Shown here: positions 29,218 to 39,610 of the stretch, in pieces
Layout of the letters: each line of letters begins with the position of its first letter
How positions within the stretch are numbered: the first letter of the stretch is position 1
From: a virus
Lineage: Duplodnaviria > Caudoviricetes
Virus record (IMG/VR): IMGVR_UViG_3300025141_016207
Span: 1 to 62,183 of that record
Length of the DNA: 62,183 nucleotides
Reading direction: 5' to 3' (one strand)
The notes under the pieces: generated by a model
What the model saw: the letters and a program-made list of their open reading frames with translations, nothing else
The model's database searches: none
What the model was told of the DNA's origin: nothing
Translations under genes and position numbers: made by a program

Positions 29218-31010
29218 TACAATACCGTCCCCACAAAGTCATCCGAAGGAAATTTAATTTCAAATGCAACGTCCTCCGGTGGACTAAGCACCCGACCATC
29301 AGTGGACATATTGCCGGGGATGGCAAAAAATGTGTCCGCATAGAGTCCTCCGTTTTTAACGTCGGGATCGATTCTCAACACATCGAGCACCCCCGTAGTG
29401 TCTCTCAGCTTCCGATACGCATCATTGATAAATAATGGTTCACCAATATTAAAAGCAACATCATAAAGGTCCATCAAATCTGATATGCAGTTTTGCAATA
29501 CGTCAAACTTATTAAATCCTGGGTCTGCTTGAACACTAAAAACTAACCCAATGTTGACAATTTTAGCATCAAGAATATCAATTGTATCGGAAATCATCTT
29601 ATGCCGAGAAATCCAAGTTTTCAAATTTTTCTTGATTATGGCGTTTGCATTTGTAAAATCTCCAAACACGTCTTCGCCCAGAACATAAAGATTAAGATTT
29701 GTTTTCATTGAATCTTTATCTCTGGCAACTCTAGCTCTCTTAATTGCTCCAAATTGGCTTGGCATCGCATAACACAAGGAAACATAATCTTGCGCCGTTA
29801 CTGCTCTTTTTTGCGTGGCAAATTGAGAAGTTGCCCTTATTCTCAATTCGTCAGAATCGGGCACGGCTAGATCTCCCGTTATCGCTTCGTCATTATTAAT
29901 TACAATTGATGTCCTTACATATTCTTCAACATTTGTCGCATTGTCGAGACCGGGAAAATTTAAAGACATGTCTACCACCCTATTAATGGAATTTCGACCC
30001 GCATTAACATTGTTAAATGTATTCTTTATATATGCAATTGTCAAAGTAGTATTCGAAGGAGCTACGCCAAATTTATCATTACTAATCAAGTTTGTGGGGT
30101 CAAAGCTAGTAGAAGAAACATAATCTCTACCATATTTTTGAATAGCAACATTTTCTGGTCTACCATATTTATCGGTTGTAAAATTTTGTTCGGAGCCATA
30201 CCCAAACTGCAATACCGTTCGGTCTGAAAAGCGATCTGTTGTAAACCTTCTGGTTACCAAAAGAGGCTTTATAATAGATTTAACGCGATCTGTCGCAGAA
30301 TTTGGGTTTGTTAAGTCTTTATAAATCACGTTTTGTGATAAATGGTCTACTTCAAAATATTCATTCCCGTCAGAATCCTCAACGCTCAAAATTTCCGTTA
30401 TAAAAGGCTCGTTAACTGCTACCTGTAAAAACCGCTCAAAATCTGCAATGACGCTGGTGGCAATATTAATTTCACCGGAAGCGACCTTGCCATACGCCTT
30501 AACCGCATAATAGCTCGGCAAACCAGTTGTATCGTCAATAACGGCGGGCTGGCGCTCCAGTGAATTATCTGCAAAATTAACATCTTCCATTAAAATAAAA
30601 CTTGCATCATTTAAATTAGAAAAAACCGTTCCTTTTCTTATTGTGGGAGCATAATCTCCATCAAGTTCTAAAGGTTGTGAAGTCGACGCCGGAATTGATA
30701 AAAATATTGTAACGGTGCCATGAGATGCATAATCATATTTAAATTTATATCCCAAAGTTTTAGCTAATCTAATAACATTATCAAACTCAAGCGCAGTATC
30801 TAAGTAAGTTTCATTGGCTTGGTAATCCAGATAAAATGAAAGGATGTCGCCGATATACGCGACCATATCCGTTGTAAGCGCCCCAAAGCCAGCAACGCTA
30901 AAATCCTTATATGTGTCGGGATAATATCTCTTAGCATAGCTAACTAGTGATTTTTTAATGCTATCAAAATCTCGATCAGTATACTTTACAACATTGTCTT
31001 TTCTTGGCAT
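29217..31010 (-). CDS. Baseplate wedge protein (T4 gp6 / baseplate J-like)
   Basis: YTDRDFDSIKKSL..YYPDTYKDF..MVAYIGDILSFYLDYQANETYLDTA..LAKTLGYK; QKRAVTAQDY. Confidence 0.9.
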   Translation of the reverse strand: MPRKDNVVKYTDRDFDSIKKSLVSYAKRYYPDTYKDFSVAGFGALTTDMVAYIGDILSFYLDYQANETYLDTALEFDNVIRLAKTLGYKFKYDYASHGTVTIFLSIPASTSQPLELDGDYAPTIRKGTVFSNLNDASFILMEDVNFADNSLERQPAVIDDTTGLPSYYAVKAYGKVASGEINIATSVIADFERFLQVAVNEPFITEILSVEDSDGNEYFEVDHLSQNVIYKDLTNPNSATDRVKSIIKPLLVTRRFTTDRFSDRTVLQFGYGSEQNFTTDKYGRPENVAIQKYGRDYVSSTSFDPTNLISNDKFGVAPSNTTLTIAYIKNTFNNVNAGRNSINRVVDMSLNFPGLDNATNVEEYVRTSIVINNDEAITGDLAVPDSDELRIRATSQFATQKRAVTAQDYVSLCYAMPSQFGAIKRARVARDKDSMKTNLNLYVLGEDVFGDFTNANAIIKKNLKTWISRHKMISDTIDILDAKIVNIGLVFSVQADPGFNKFDVLQNCISDLMDLYDVAFNIGEPLFINDAYRKLRDTTGVLDVLRIDPDVKNGGLYADTFFAIPGNMSTDGRVLSPPEDVAFEIKFPSDDFVGTVL

Positions 31011-31032
31011 GATTTATCCTCTTCGTAAATAG

Positions 31033-31395
31033 TTAAGTTTTAACGATTATTTGAATACTATCCTGAACACCTAAAGTAAATATCAAGTAATCCACTTTTA
31101 CAGCCAGCACTTGGTCATCAATTTTTGTTTGCACGTCTAAAAGCTGGACGCCCTCCAAATATTTGTCAAATTGAGTTTCAATGGTTTCCTTCACCAACTC
31201 GGACTTTCCACTATTTTCAGGTTCAAATAAAAACCTCCTCAAGCCACACCCAAAATCTTCAATCATAATACGTTCGCCGGGTGAGGTTAACAAAAGGTTT
31301 TTCACGCGCTGCTTGATCATGCCCTGTCTGGTTTCAATCTGTTCATAAGTTAAGTTGTTACTCTGGGCTAATGGTAATTTTACGGTAAAGGACAT
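31033..31395 (-). CDS. Baseplate wedge protein, gp25/GPW-like
   Basis: IKQRVKNLLLTSPGERIMIEDFGCGLRRFLFEP; 120 aa. Confidence 0.92.
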   Translation of the reverse strand: MSFTVKLPLAQSNNLTYEQIETRQGMIKQRVKNLLLTSPGERIMIEDFGCGLRRFLFEPENSGKSELVKETIETQFDKYLEGVQLLDVQTKIDDQVLAVKVDYLIFTLGVQDSIQIIVKT

Positions 31396-34300
31396 TTTAA
31401 TTTCTCCAATTGTTGTTGCTTCTTGAACTGCTGTGCTGCTGCCGACTGCGGATATTTTGCCGCTTGATCACTCGCCATTTCTTTTTCTTTGCCCTTGAGA
31501 TATGTATCTGCTGCACCCAGAAGGTCTGCTTCGTCCGACCCAGCTAAATCCAAACCAAGTGATTCAAGAGTTTTAAGTAAGAAATACACGATTGGAACTT
31601 GCATAAAAAGATAAGTTTCAATTATTGATTTGATTCCCGCGATAATTATTTTAGGAATTAACATCAAAATCATAATCCACAGAGGCGTACTATTCATCTC
31701 TAGGGATAAACTACCTGCGCCCATCTTCAATTCATTAAGGGCAAATTTTAATTGATCTTTGGTCGCGCCATATGCATTTTCTTTATTAAACGGAATCCCG
31801 CCAATAAACTCGACCAACGTAGCTTTAAACTTCTGAAAGATGTTTAATTTTTGTTCCTTTGTAAATACGTCGTTTAAAGCATCAAAAGTTTCTAGCTTAA
31901 TCGCCGTAGCCATTTCATTAGCATCAAATGACGGAGCAAGAGTGGGCGGTGGAGGAGTATTGGGAGCCGATACTATCGAAACCGAGGGGTAATTGCTGCT
32001 AAGGGGTGCCTGCATGGATTTAACGTCGGTGGCGTTGATGTTGGCATTACCTTTAAACACCTCCTCCGGCCACAGGTGCGAATTACCGGAAGACCCCATA
32101 TAATAAGCATAATATTCCTTTGTTGCAAGGTGCCATTTCAACCAGACTTCATCCTTTCCCTTAAAGACAACATTCGTTGAGTGGGTTGGTGGTTCAAATA
32201 TAATGTCTGCCTCTTTCGAAAAAAGCCGAACGGAATCTCCTCCAACAGGAGCTTGTACAATGATTGAGTCATCGGCTCCTACCAAAACATTCGTAAAAAA
32301 CTTATGAAACAGATCTCCGCTACCGAAGTTCCACAAAGGACCAAGCTTTGTATGGGCTAGTTTATATTCATTATATTGCCCGAGAGTTTTAAGAGTAACG
32401 TATTGCTTAAAATTGATTCCAAAGTTGGTAAGCATTTCAGGAACGATGTCGTTGCCAGCAACGGTGCCGATCGGGTTGGTCCATTTAACCTCATTAATCT
32501 TCTTGCCGGTTGATTTCGATATAAACGCGCTGTCTTCGGTGCTAAAAAAAGTGTTCTTCTGTTCGAAAAGATCTTTTAGAAAAATGTTTAAACTCTTGAT
32601 CAAAAACCAATAAACAAGGTTGAGATTTTCGTCGGCAACATCGAATTCAACCGATAGAGATTCGGATAAAGTATTAGAATCTGCGGGTGGCTTCGGCGGC
32701 ACAAGGGAAGTGAAAGCAAGAATAATGTTGCCAGCGTCCTGCCATTGTTTGCTCATAGCTTCGTGTTGCGGAGATTTTAAAACTTTGTCCCAATCTCTCC
32801 AAACAGGGTTATAAAGACTCACCATCCAATCGAAAAAGCCCAACTTCTCTTTACCATATGGATTGTGCCATACCATATCATGCAAATAAAAAGTTTGTAT
32901 TTCTGGTTTTTTGTAGTTGCTCGACTGAAGATCGCCCTTATAGAGTGGTTGCGTGCCAGGAGGGATTTTAGCATTAATAGGGTTAGTGGCTTGTGCTCCT
33001 AGCGTCTGGGGATTTACGGTCATCTTGAAGGGATCGCCGACCTGGCCACCAGTTAAAAAAATTAAACCGCCCAAGTTCTTCAATCGAGACTTCACCCAAT
33101 CGGCTGGGGGTTGTGGGGAGCCCTTTGCAGAAGCATATCCTTTTTCGCCTGAGAGCCGTGATTTAATTAATTTTGTTTCGTCGAGCACCAGCTTTTCCAC
33201 AGTGAGTTTGTTTCCGTTTGAATCCACGCTATCACAAAGGATTTGATTAAATGGAATAATCAGATTATGGTTCTTGATAAATTTCTTAAACTCAGGTACG
33301 ATTTCCTGCGTTTCTACCATAGCGAAACTGCTATCGTAAGGAATCATCTCTTCAGCTAAGAAAATGGGCAAAGAATTTTCTATCATAAAAACGTAAACAA
33401 GCGACTTCAACGCTTCTAGGTCTAATAAGTAATCTTCATTGTATAACACTTTATTGCTTTGTTCTTTGCTTTCTTTTAAGTCACAAAGCTTTTTCTGTAA
33501 GTGGTCTATGCGATCCTTGCCGAAATAGGGAAGTGATTTGAGAATGGACGAAACACTGGGTTGCTTGTCGTACTTTTTATAGAAGCCCTCGATGGCTTCC
33601 TTGTAAATTTGAAAATAGATATCCTTATAAATGGCAAAACACGTCTCCCACCATACTTTGTCCATGGCGGCAGGCTGATTCACAAACCCTTTTAAAAATG
33701 CATCCTCATGGGGAGTTCCCTTCATTGATTCTTTTAAAACATTGCTAATATTAAGAAGAGAGTCTGGCCATTGACCTTTTACCGGCACGGCATTAGTATC
33801 AAAAACTGCGCCATCTTTAGCAAGCTTCTCCTTTTCAGCTAACTTTTTTAAACCAGCATCTGCCATTATATACTTTTTATGTTGTTTCTGCTTAGCATCG
33901 CGAAAAGTTTCCACTTGAAAATTGTCAAAATCTAAAATCATGGATGAATTAGCATGATTGAGAGACGAGTTTTTTAAAAATACTGATTGCCCAATAACGC
34001 TTTCCATCGACGGAAGTGGAGGAAGTTTGTCCACTAAAGCTAAAGCTTTTACTTGTGGATTAGCTTGAAGCTTTTTAAGCTCGCCCTGATCGAGCGATGG
34101 CGAGTCGGCGTCGGGAAATGCCTTGGCAATCGCTTGAGCGCCCTGTTTAATTCCCACGGTGGGGTTAGCGTCCGCAAGTTTGCCGAGACCTTTTAAATCT
34201 TCATTAAACACACCCTCCCAGGTGGGGATTACTTTCTTAATTCTTGTCCAAATTGGATCATAAAATGGACCCATCTCGATGGAGGGGTATGAGGAAGCAA

Positions 34301-36089
34301 AAGGATCCTCGCCAGAAAGAAACTGTTCTAAAAGATTTGCTGTATTTAACAAGTCTTCATTCCTCTGTTTGGACAGATTTTGTAAAAGATCATCAGGAAC
34401 TTTATTACGCAATTGTTCAGTAAAAGGATCAAGTTTTCCCGTATCACAATATAAGGGGTCGCCCATTGCTAAAGGAGCAGCCATCATTAAATCTTCACAA
34501 ATGGTCAAATTACTCAGTTTACCGAGGGCAAGGAAGAAACTTTTAACATCAGCATAACCCTTAAATTTAGGATATTTATAATTTTCGGCAAAACTAAAAA
34601 CAAAAGCAACAAGTTTTGGCTCGGGTGAGCCTAAAAACAACCTACATAATTCTTTGGGCGTTAAAGTTTCAAAAACATCTGCAATGAATCTTTTAATGTT
34701 GTTTTTTTGATTTTCGTCTCCTCCATCACCCATTTGTGCGAGAGTGACACCCAAGTCACGATTCAATGCCACATCAAATGAGTTCGAAGGGTCGTAAGGG
34801 CTGGTATTAAAGCTTTGTCCAAATGATTCCCCCGGTGACAAAGCTCCGAAATCAAAATCAGAAGCTGGTTGTTCAGAGGCTAATTCCTCAAGACAAGCTG
34901 CCAACGCCATTTGCACTATTTGACGTAACGCTTCTTTTAACATTCCCACAAATGCTTCCTTGATCTCCTCTTCTAGATCAAATTCTTGAGTTGCCATCAT
35001 GCGGGCGATGAAAGCAGCAACCATTTCGTCCACTTCTTGAAGTTGAGCTTTAAACATTTTATAACTTTCTAACAATTCTTCGGCTTGCTCTATTAATTTC
35101 TGTGCCACCACAATATAACCCGCTAGGGAAAGTTTCTCGGCAGTGAGAGCAATTAAACATTCCAATAAGCCAGTAAGCCCCCATTTGTTCAAAAATACAA
35201 CAATTTTGTTTAATTCTTTGGCGGCGGCGGCAGATGCGTTCTGTGCTTTCTTGAGAGCCTCTTGAGTTCCACTGGTATCTATAATCCAATAGTCGGCGTC
35301 GTCGACTACTTCCTCTACATCACCCAGAAAATCCGGCATTTGATCAAAAAAGAAATCACCTACAAAATCTACCGCTTGCAAACTTTCGTTATAATTTCCT
35401 GCAAGGGTTGATGGATTGCGGGCAGAAGACATTCTAGCCAGATTGTCCGCTGCTGTTTCAGGTGGATTTTGAAACCTGCCCAAAATGCCTGCGGTTTTAG
35501 AAATATATTTTTGGTTTGTAGAGAGTTTTCTCTTAAAATATTTATTTAATTCATCTATTTTTCCGACACCTTTAAGGAGATCATCTTGGAGATCTTTATT
35601 GCTAGTCTCCCACCACCCATCTTGACCAAAACGAGGCTTGCGTGGTGGCTTAAGAAATTCGGCATTCTCCCTGGCGCGTAAATATTCCACCTTTTTCAAA
35701 TTAATATACTTAGCAGGGATAGAATATAAAATCTTTAATTTTGCCCCAGGTCGAGGTGCAATATAAAATCGTTCTGGTGTGATGTGTTCGGGCAGCGGGA
35801 GTAAGTTACTGGTGGCACTGGCTGACTCTGGTCCGCAATACCCGACTTCGGTCAAGGTTTGGGGATCTAAAATCAATTCATTGGTTGTAAAAAGCTTTAA
35901 GGTTTTAAAAGCCTCTATGACATTCTTCCGGTTACCCGACGACAGGTCGGTTAATTCTTTTGTGGTAAACGACGAAACCTGTGTGTGGTATACCCAATAA
36001 ACCCTATTATCTCCTTTATTATAAAAAGGTGCCCGCGACACAACCCATGTGCTTTTTAAAAAATTATTAGATAGAAGATCGGATGCCAT
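31380..36089 (-). CDS. Large hypothetical virion-associated protein (1569 aa)
   Basis: Long, mostly helical ORF between the spike-like gene and gp25; hydrophobic stretch near the C-terminus (LWIMILMLIPKIIIAG). Confidence 0.45.
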   Translation of the reverse strand: MASDLLSNNFLKSTWVVSRAPFYNKGDNRVYWVYHTQVSSFTTKELTDLSSGNRKNVIEAFKTLKLFTTNELILDPQTLTEVGYCGPESASATSNLLPLPEHITPERFYIAPRPGAKLKILYSIPAKYINLKKVEYLRARENAEFLKPPRKPRFGQDGWWETSNKDLQDDLLKGVGKIDELNKYFKRKLSTNQKYISKTAGILGRFQNPPETAADNLARMSSARNPSTLAGNYNESLQAVDFVGDFFFDQMPDFLGDVEEVVDDADYWIIDTSGTQEALKKAQNASAAAAKELNKIVVFLNKWGLTGLLECLIALTAEKLSLAGYIVVAQKLIEQAEELLESYKMFKAQLQEVDEMVAAFIARMMATQEFDLEEEIKEAFVGMLKEALRQIVQMALAACLEELASEQPASDFDFGALSPGESFGQSFNTSPYDPSNSFDVALNRDLGVTLAQMGDGGDENQKNNIKRFIADVFETLTPKELCRLFLGSPEPKLVAFVFSFAENYKYPKFKGYADVKSFFLALGKLSNLTICEDLMMAAPLAMGDPLYCDTGKLDPFTEQLRNKVPDDLLQNLSKQRNEDLLNTANLLEQFLSGEDPFASSYPSIEMGPFYDPIWTRIKKVIPTWEGVFNEDLKGLGKLADANPTVGIKQGAQAIAKAFPDADSPSLDQGELKKLQANPQVKALALVDKLPPLPSMESVIGQSVFLKNSSLNHANSSMILDFDNFQVETFRDAKQKQHKKYIMADAGLKKLAEKEKLAKDGAVFDTNAVPVKGQWPDSLLNISNVLKESMKGTPHEDAFLKGFVNQPAAMDKVWWETCFAIYKDIYFQIYKEAIEGFYKKYDKQPSVSSILKSLPYFGKDRIDHLQKKLCDLKESKEQSNKVLYNEDYLLDLEALKSLVYVFMIENSLPIFLAEEMIPYDSSFAMVETQEIVPEFKKFIKNHNLIIPFNQILCDSVDSNGNKLTVEKLVLDETKLIKSRLSGEKGYASAKGSPQPPADWVKSRLKNLGGLIFLTGGQVGDPFKMTVNPQTLGAQATNPINAKIPPGTQPLYKGDLQSSNYKKPEIQTFYLHDMVWHNPYGKEKLGFFDWMVSLYNPVWRDWDKVLKSPQHEAMSKQWQDAGNIILAFTSLVPPKPPADSNTLSESLSVEFDVADENLNLVYWFLIKSLNIFLKDLFEQKNTFFSTEDSAFISKSTGKKINEVKWTNPIGTVAGNDIVPEMLTNFGINFKQYVTLKTLGQYNEYKLAHTKLGPLWNFGSGDLFHKFFTNVLVGADDSIIVQAPVGGDSVRLFSKEADIIFEPPTHSTNVVFKGKDEVWLKWHLATKEYYAYYMGSSGNSHLWPEEVFKGNANINATDVKSMQAPLSSNYPSVSIVSAPNTPPPPTLAPSFDANEMATAIKLETFDALNDVFTKEQKLNIFQKFKATLVEFIGGIPFNKENAYGATKDQLKFALNELKMGAGSLSLEMNSTPLWIMILMLIPKIIIAGIKSIIETYLFMQVPIVYFLLKTLESLGLDLAGSDEADLLGAADTYLKGKEKEMASDQAAKYPQSAAAQQFKKQQQLEKLKCPLP

Positions 36090-36090
36090 G

Positions 36091-37068
36091 TTAATTCGTA
36101 TTATTAAACTTGCTAAGAATATAGTGGTCGGGCTTTACACCGCTCATATATTTAAAATAATCACTTGCAATTGCTGCTTGGAAAAGCCCCATGTTCATCT
36201 TTAATTCAAGATGTTTCTTTTCATGTACCGGCGCTTTCAGCATGAGATCGGGAGAAATAGAGTTTGGTCCCCACAAAGGGGCTACATGGATATGAGATCT
36301 CAAATCCTGCTCTAAGCTGGACACCCCTTTTGCAAATGCGGATACCATTGTCCCCAAGTTCTTCATCTGCTTGTAAATAGCTTCAATGCACTCGATGAGG
36401 TTGTCGCCTTTGGGGATCGGCTGCAAGTCTGGATCTTTCCAGTTGCCCGCAATCAAATCTATCCCCTTGATTGATGCCAATGATCCATCGCGGGAATTTT
36501 TTTGTTGGATCTGTGCTCCTTCGCCTGTAACTAATTTGATTCCTTCTCTGCCAATAATCCTAACGGCATCTGCCTTGATGGCGATTGCCGATCGGGCTCT
36601 CGGGCTCCCTACCTTGCCATCGACCAAACGAAAATTGTAATCGACATTGGTTTTTTGAGCGATATAAATCCTCGCGGCATCATTAAAAAAGTTAGGAGGA
36701 GTGCTTACTTTCTTACCGGCAGCGTTTTCCACATTAAATGCGCTCTGTCTCCCTGCAACGAGATCAATTATCCAACAATTATCTCCAGGCATTGAACCGT
36801 AGCCAGTGTCTCTAGTGACCGGCTTCTTATCTGATTTTTCTGTCTGTTCTCCTGTCCGGTCGCGACCGAATACCATCCAAGAATTTCCCTTTCCATATGC
36901 CTTCTCAAGAGGATCTTTGGAGTAATTTTTATAAGCACCTACGGGATCTTGGATATTAGAAGCACCACTATTCCTGGCTTTCCACTTTTTAGTGGCATCT
37001 TTGAGAATCCTTTGTTTTTCTTTTGATAAGCCTTTTATGTTGGGCTTGTTGCCTTTATATTGAGTCAT
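36091..37068 (-). CDS. Baseplate central spike protein (gp5 C-terminal-like)
   Basis: DAARIYI..SAIAIKADAVRIIGREGIKLVT beta-strand repeats, PIPKGDNL, and an HxH tip motif (SHIH). Confidence 0.6.
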   Translation of the reverse strand: MTQYKGNKPNIKGLSKEKQRILKDATKKWKARNSGASNIQDPVGAYKNYSKDPLEKAYGKGNSWMVFGRDRTGEQTEKSDKKPVTRDTGYGSMPGDNCWIIDLVAGRQSAFNVENAAGKKVSTPPNFFNDAARIYIAQKTNVDYNFRLVDGKVGSPRARSAIAIKADAVRIIGREGIKLVTGEGAQIQQKNSRDGSLASIKGIDLIAGNWKDPDLQPIPKGDNLIECIEAIYKQMKNLGTMVSAFAKGVSSLEQDLRSHIHVAPLWGPNSISPDLMLKAPVHEKKHLELKMNMGLFQAAIASDYFKYMSGVKPDHYILSKFNNTN

Positions 37069-37083
37069 TACATTATTTCCTGC

Positions 37084-38355
37084 TTAAAATTTCAGCACCT
37101 TGTTAATTTTTGCCGAAGGAACTCCTGCTTTGGCGGCTGCGTTAATAATCGCTTTGTCTGGCTGACCCTTTAGGGCAATTGCTCCATCAATAATATTTTC
37201 ATAATATTTTCTTCTGGTCTTCTTCGAAGAAATAACTTTATCAACTTTTTTAAAGCCTGCTGCCCCACCACACTTGCCCATCACAGCCTTCTTTTTCCTT
37301 TCGCCGCCCTTCTTGGTGCCAGCATAACCTCTCAAGCCCCATGTAAGATCACCCTTGGCAATGACTTTCCCAACAATAACATGAGCTACCGATTTATAAC
37401 CATATTTAAGGGGGTCTGAGATCTCCCAATGTGCGGCGCGTAGGGCAAAATTAACCCCAAGTGATAAATATGTACTTGCAACTACCTGACCAACGCCGAG
37501 TGCTGATGAGTTTGCCTTGTTCGCTGCGGCTATACTGGGCTTTTCGCTGAATAACCCTTGACCAAAGATTCCCACCGGTCTGCCGCCGCCGGACTCAGCT
37601 TTCATAATCCCATGTAATATACAAACAGGAATTCCATACATCTTGGCGGCTGCCTCTATTGCCTTTATGGCGACCTGGGGGATGCCTGACTTGCCATAGA
37701 TCTTCCTCAAACGTGGCTGGCGAGATTTGAACGTTTCCCAATTTCTCGTATTATATTTTCCGAATGGCTTTGGACCCAATCCTAGTATTTTATACATCGC
37801 TTTTACCGAAGTAATTCTAGCCAAGTTGTTAGCTTTTCCGGGGGGAAACTTGGGGGCTGTTCCTGGGACATAATCTTCTACAACATCGACCGCGTTCTGA
37901 GCAGAAGTCGAAACAACAATGCCATAAGTAAACGCTTCAGTGTTATTAAACTGGACCGTGACGTGAGTGCCTACGCAAATATCTTCAGATATTGGTGCCA
38001 CACAAAGAGAATACTCCTCAATAACAGGGTCGTCGTCAGTGGCTGGTAGTGGCAAAGAGGAATGAGCTTCGGGAACTCTGACGTAGCATTGTTGCAAATT
38101 CTCATAATTTAAAATCCCGGCGTTTTTAATGGCATCTAATAACCCACCAGGGATTGGTGCGGTCTCGGTGGGTAAAATTTTAAAAACTTTACCTATAAAG
38201 GTATTCGTTTTGTCAATGGAGTTAACATTGGTTTGACTTCGAACAACTCGGGATAAGCCTTCAAGATTATAAGACTCATAATCAAACCTAATTTTACAGT
38301 AACTTGATTGTATGAAATTCTGATTTGTATACCCAAATTTTTCTGTTTTTGACAT
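37084..38355 (-). CDS. Baseplate hub protein with N-terminal OB-like region and C-terminal SLT lytic transglycosylase domain
   Basis: YVRVPE..VGTHVTVQF (gp5/VgrG OB-like); AIEAAAKMYGIP..LHGIMKAESGG (catalytic Glu) and SALGVGQVV (GxxQ motif). Confidence 0.7.
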   Translation of the reverse strand: MSKTEKFGYTNQNFIQSSYCKIRFDYESYNLEGLSRVVRSQTNVNSIDKTNTFIGKVFKILPTETAPIPGGLLDAIKNAGILNYENLQQCYVRVPEAHSSLPLPATDDDPVIEEYSLCVAPISEDICVGTHVTVQFNNTEAFTYGIVVSTSAQNAVDVVEDYVPGTAPKFPPGKANNLARITSVKAMYKILGLGPKPFGKYNTRNWETFKSRQPRLRKIYGKSGIPQVAIKAIEAAAKMYGIPVCILHGIMKAESGGGRPVGIFGQGLFSEKPSIAAANKANSSALGVGQVVASTYLSLGVNFALRAAHWEISDPLKYGYKSVAHVIVGKVIAKGDLTWGLRGYAGTKKGGERKKKAVMGKCGGAAGFKKVDKVISSKKTRRKYYENIIDGAIALKGQPDKAIINAAAKAGVPSAKINKVLKF

Positions 38356-38645
38356 TAAGCATCATGCTCCGATGAAATTTTACTATAGATATTTTCTATT
38401 TCTTCTGTCGAGATTCTTTCAGATTGTTGTCTCGTTTTGTTTTTTAAAGCCAATAGCTTCACCAATTGTTCGTTCGAACGTTGAAGAGTTTCTAAATATT
38501 TCGCGATGACCATGCCGCTTTGATGATGGGTGGTCTTGCCTTGGTGTACGTCCTGCACAATCTCATCTAAGGCGGCATTAGCGGTGTCTCTGTCACCCCT
38601 AATATTGCCTATGGCTTCCCTAAACAACTTCTCAAATTTCTCCAT
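38355..38645 (-). CDS. Hypothetical helical protein
   Basis: 96 aa, coiled-coil character (AKYLETLQRSNEQLVKL); coupled to both neighbours. Confidence 0.5.
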   Translation of the reverse strand: MEKFEKLFREAIGNIRGDRDTANAALDEIVQDVHQGKTTHHQSGMVIAKYLETLQRSNEQLVKLLALKNKTRQQSERISTEEIENIYSKISSEHDA

Positions 38646-39327
38646 CGTCCCAGCTTCTCCTAAACTCTCTATATTTTATTTTAAATCTTGAAAGAGATGA
38701 CGCTATTTGTTTTGTATTAAGATCTGTTATCTCTCTCATATACAAGTAAATAGCTTTTTTGTTGAAAATTTCGATTTGTTCAGAATGCTCAAAAAGCATT
38801 TTAATTGCTTTTAAAAGCTTGATATCGTTTGGGCGGTCGGCTTCTTCAAGCCAATTGTCTAATTGCCCGTTTAAATAAAGAAAAAATTCGGCATGTTCTC
38901 TTTTATCATCAACCTCATTTTCAACTATAACAGCAGACTCGACCCTGGTCATATCAGCCAAAGGGGTCTCTGTTTTCATTCGTTTTGTGGTTTTTTTAAC
39001 TTTATGAATAAACCAATTCTTAGTAATAACTGAAAAATAAGAAAAGGCTTTAGAACCTTTCGATTGATCATACTTGTCAAGAATGGTAACGAGCCAAGAT
39101 TTGCACTCCTCTCTTAAAAAATCAATATTGGGGAGCGTTGTAAACTTGTAAGTAAAAACTATTTTGTCGACCATTTCATCGAGGGCGGGTTGTATAAGAT
39201 CTTTATATAAGACTTCTTTTCTTCTCTGATCCTGTGTTTTGCAATATTCAATTATTGCATCTTCGTGAATTTGAGTAAAATATAGTCTTTTAGTTTTCTT
39301 GCGTCTCTTTTTCGTCATCTGAATCAT
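38632..39327 (-). CDS. Phage RNA polymerase sigma factor, T4 gp55-like (late)
   Basis: YFTQIHEDAIIEY and KYDQSKGSKAFSYFSVITKNWF resemble sigma region 2; sits immediately upstream of the structural block. Confidence 0.65.
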   Translation of the reverse strand: MIQMTKKRRKKTKRLYFTQIHEDAIIEYCKTQDQRRKEVLYKDLIQPALDEMVDKIVFTYKFTTLPNIDFLREECKSWLVTILDKYDQSKGSKAFSYFSVITKNWFIHKVKKTTKRMKTETPLADMTRVESAVIVENEVDDKREHAEFFLYLNGQLDNWLEEADRPNDIKLLKAIKMLFEHSEQIEIFNKKAIYLYMREITDLNTKQIASSLSRFKIKYREFRRSWDDGEI

Positions 39328-39610
39328 AATCCTCTTCTATGCCAAACAATTGTTTTTCGATATCCCTTACAGCCTGGAGTGATGCTTTTAATTGGTTTGA
39401 AAGGGTTGCCAATTCTTCGATAGTGGGGTCGCCATAATAAGTTGTTTTAGAGTTCAACTCAGTCACAAAAATATCATATTCGTCTGCTAGATCTGCCACT
39501 TCTTGAATCATTGTTTGTATATTTTTAACAGTCAATAGCAAATTTCTAATATATAATATCGCGATAGCAATACACACAAATTGTATTATAATAATAAAAA
39601 CTTCAATCAT
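39290..39610 (-). CDS. Membrane-anchored coiled-coil hypothetical protein
   Basis: N-terminal TM VFIIIIQFVCIAIAILYI, then a helical region with YYGDPTIEEL. Confidence 0.55.
   Translation of the reverse strand: MIEVFIIIIQFVCIAIAILYIRNLLLTVKNIQTMIQEVADLADEYDIFVTELNSKTTYYGDPTIEELATLSNQLKASLQAVRDIEKQLFGIEEDYDSDDEKETQEN

Noticed and set aside
7239-38355. Baseplate cluster as a bacterial contractile injection system (eCIS/T6SS/tailocin)
   Set aside because: It is contiguous with phage primase, resolvase, gp46/47-like, gp55-like sigma and PhoH genes, with no cellular housekeeping genes
38355-38645. 96-aa helical protein as a terminase small subunit
   Set aside because: Size and coiled coil are compatible, but there is no diagnostic motif and no large terminase in the window
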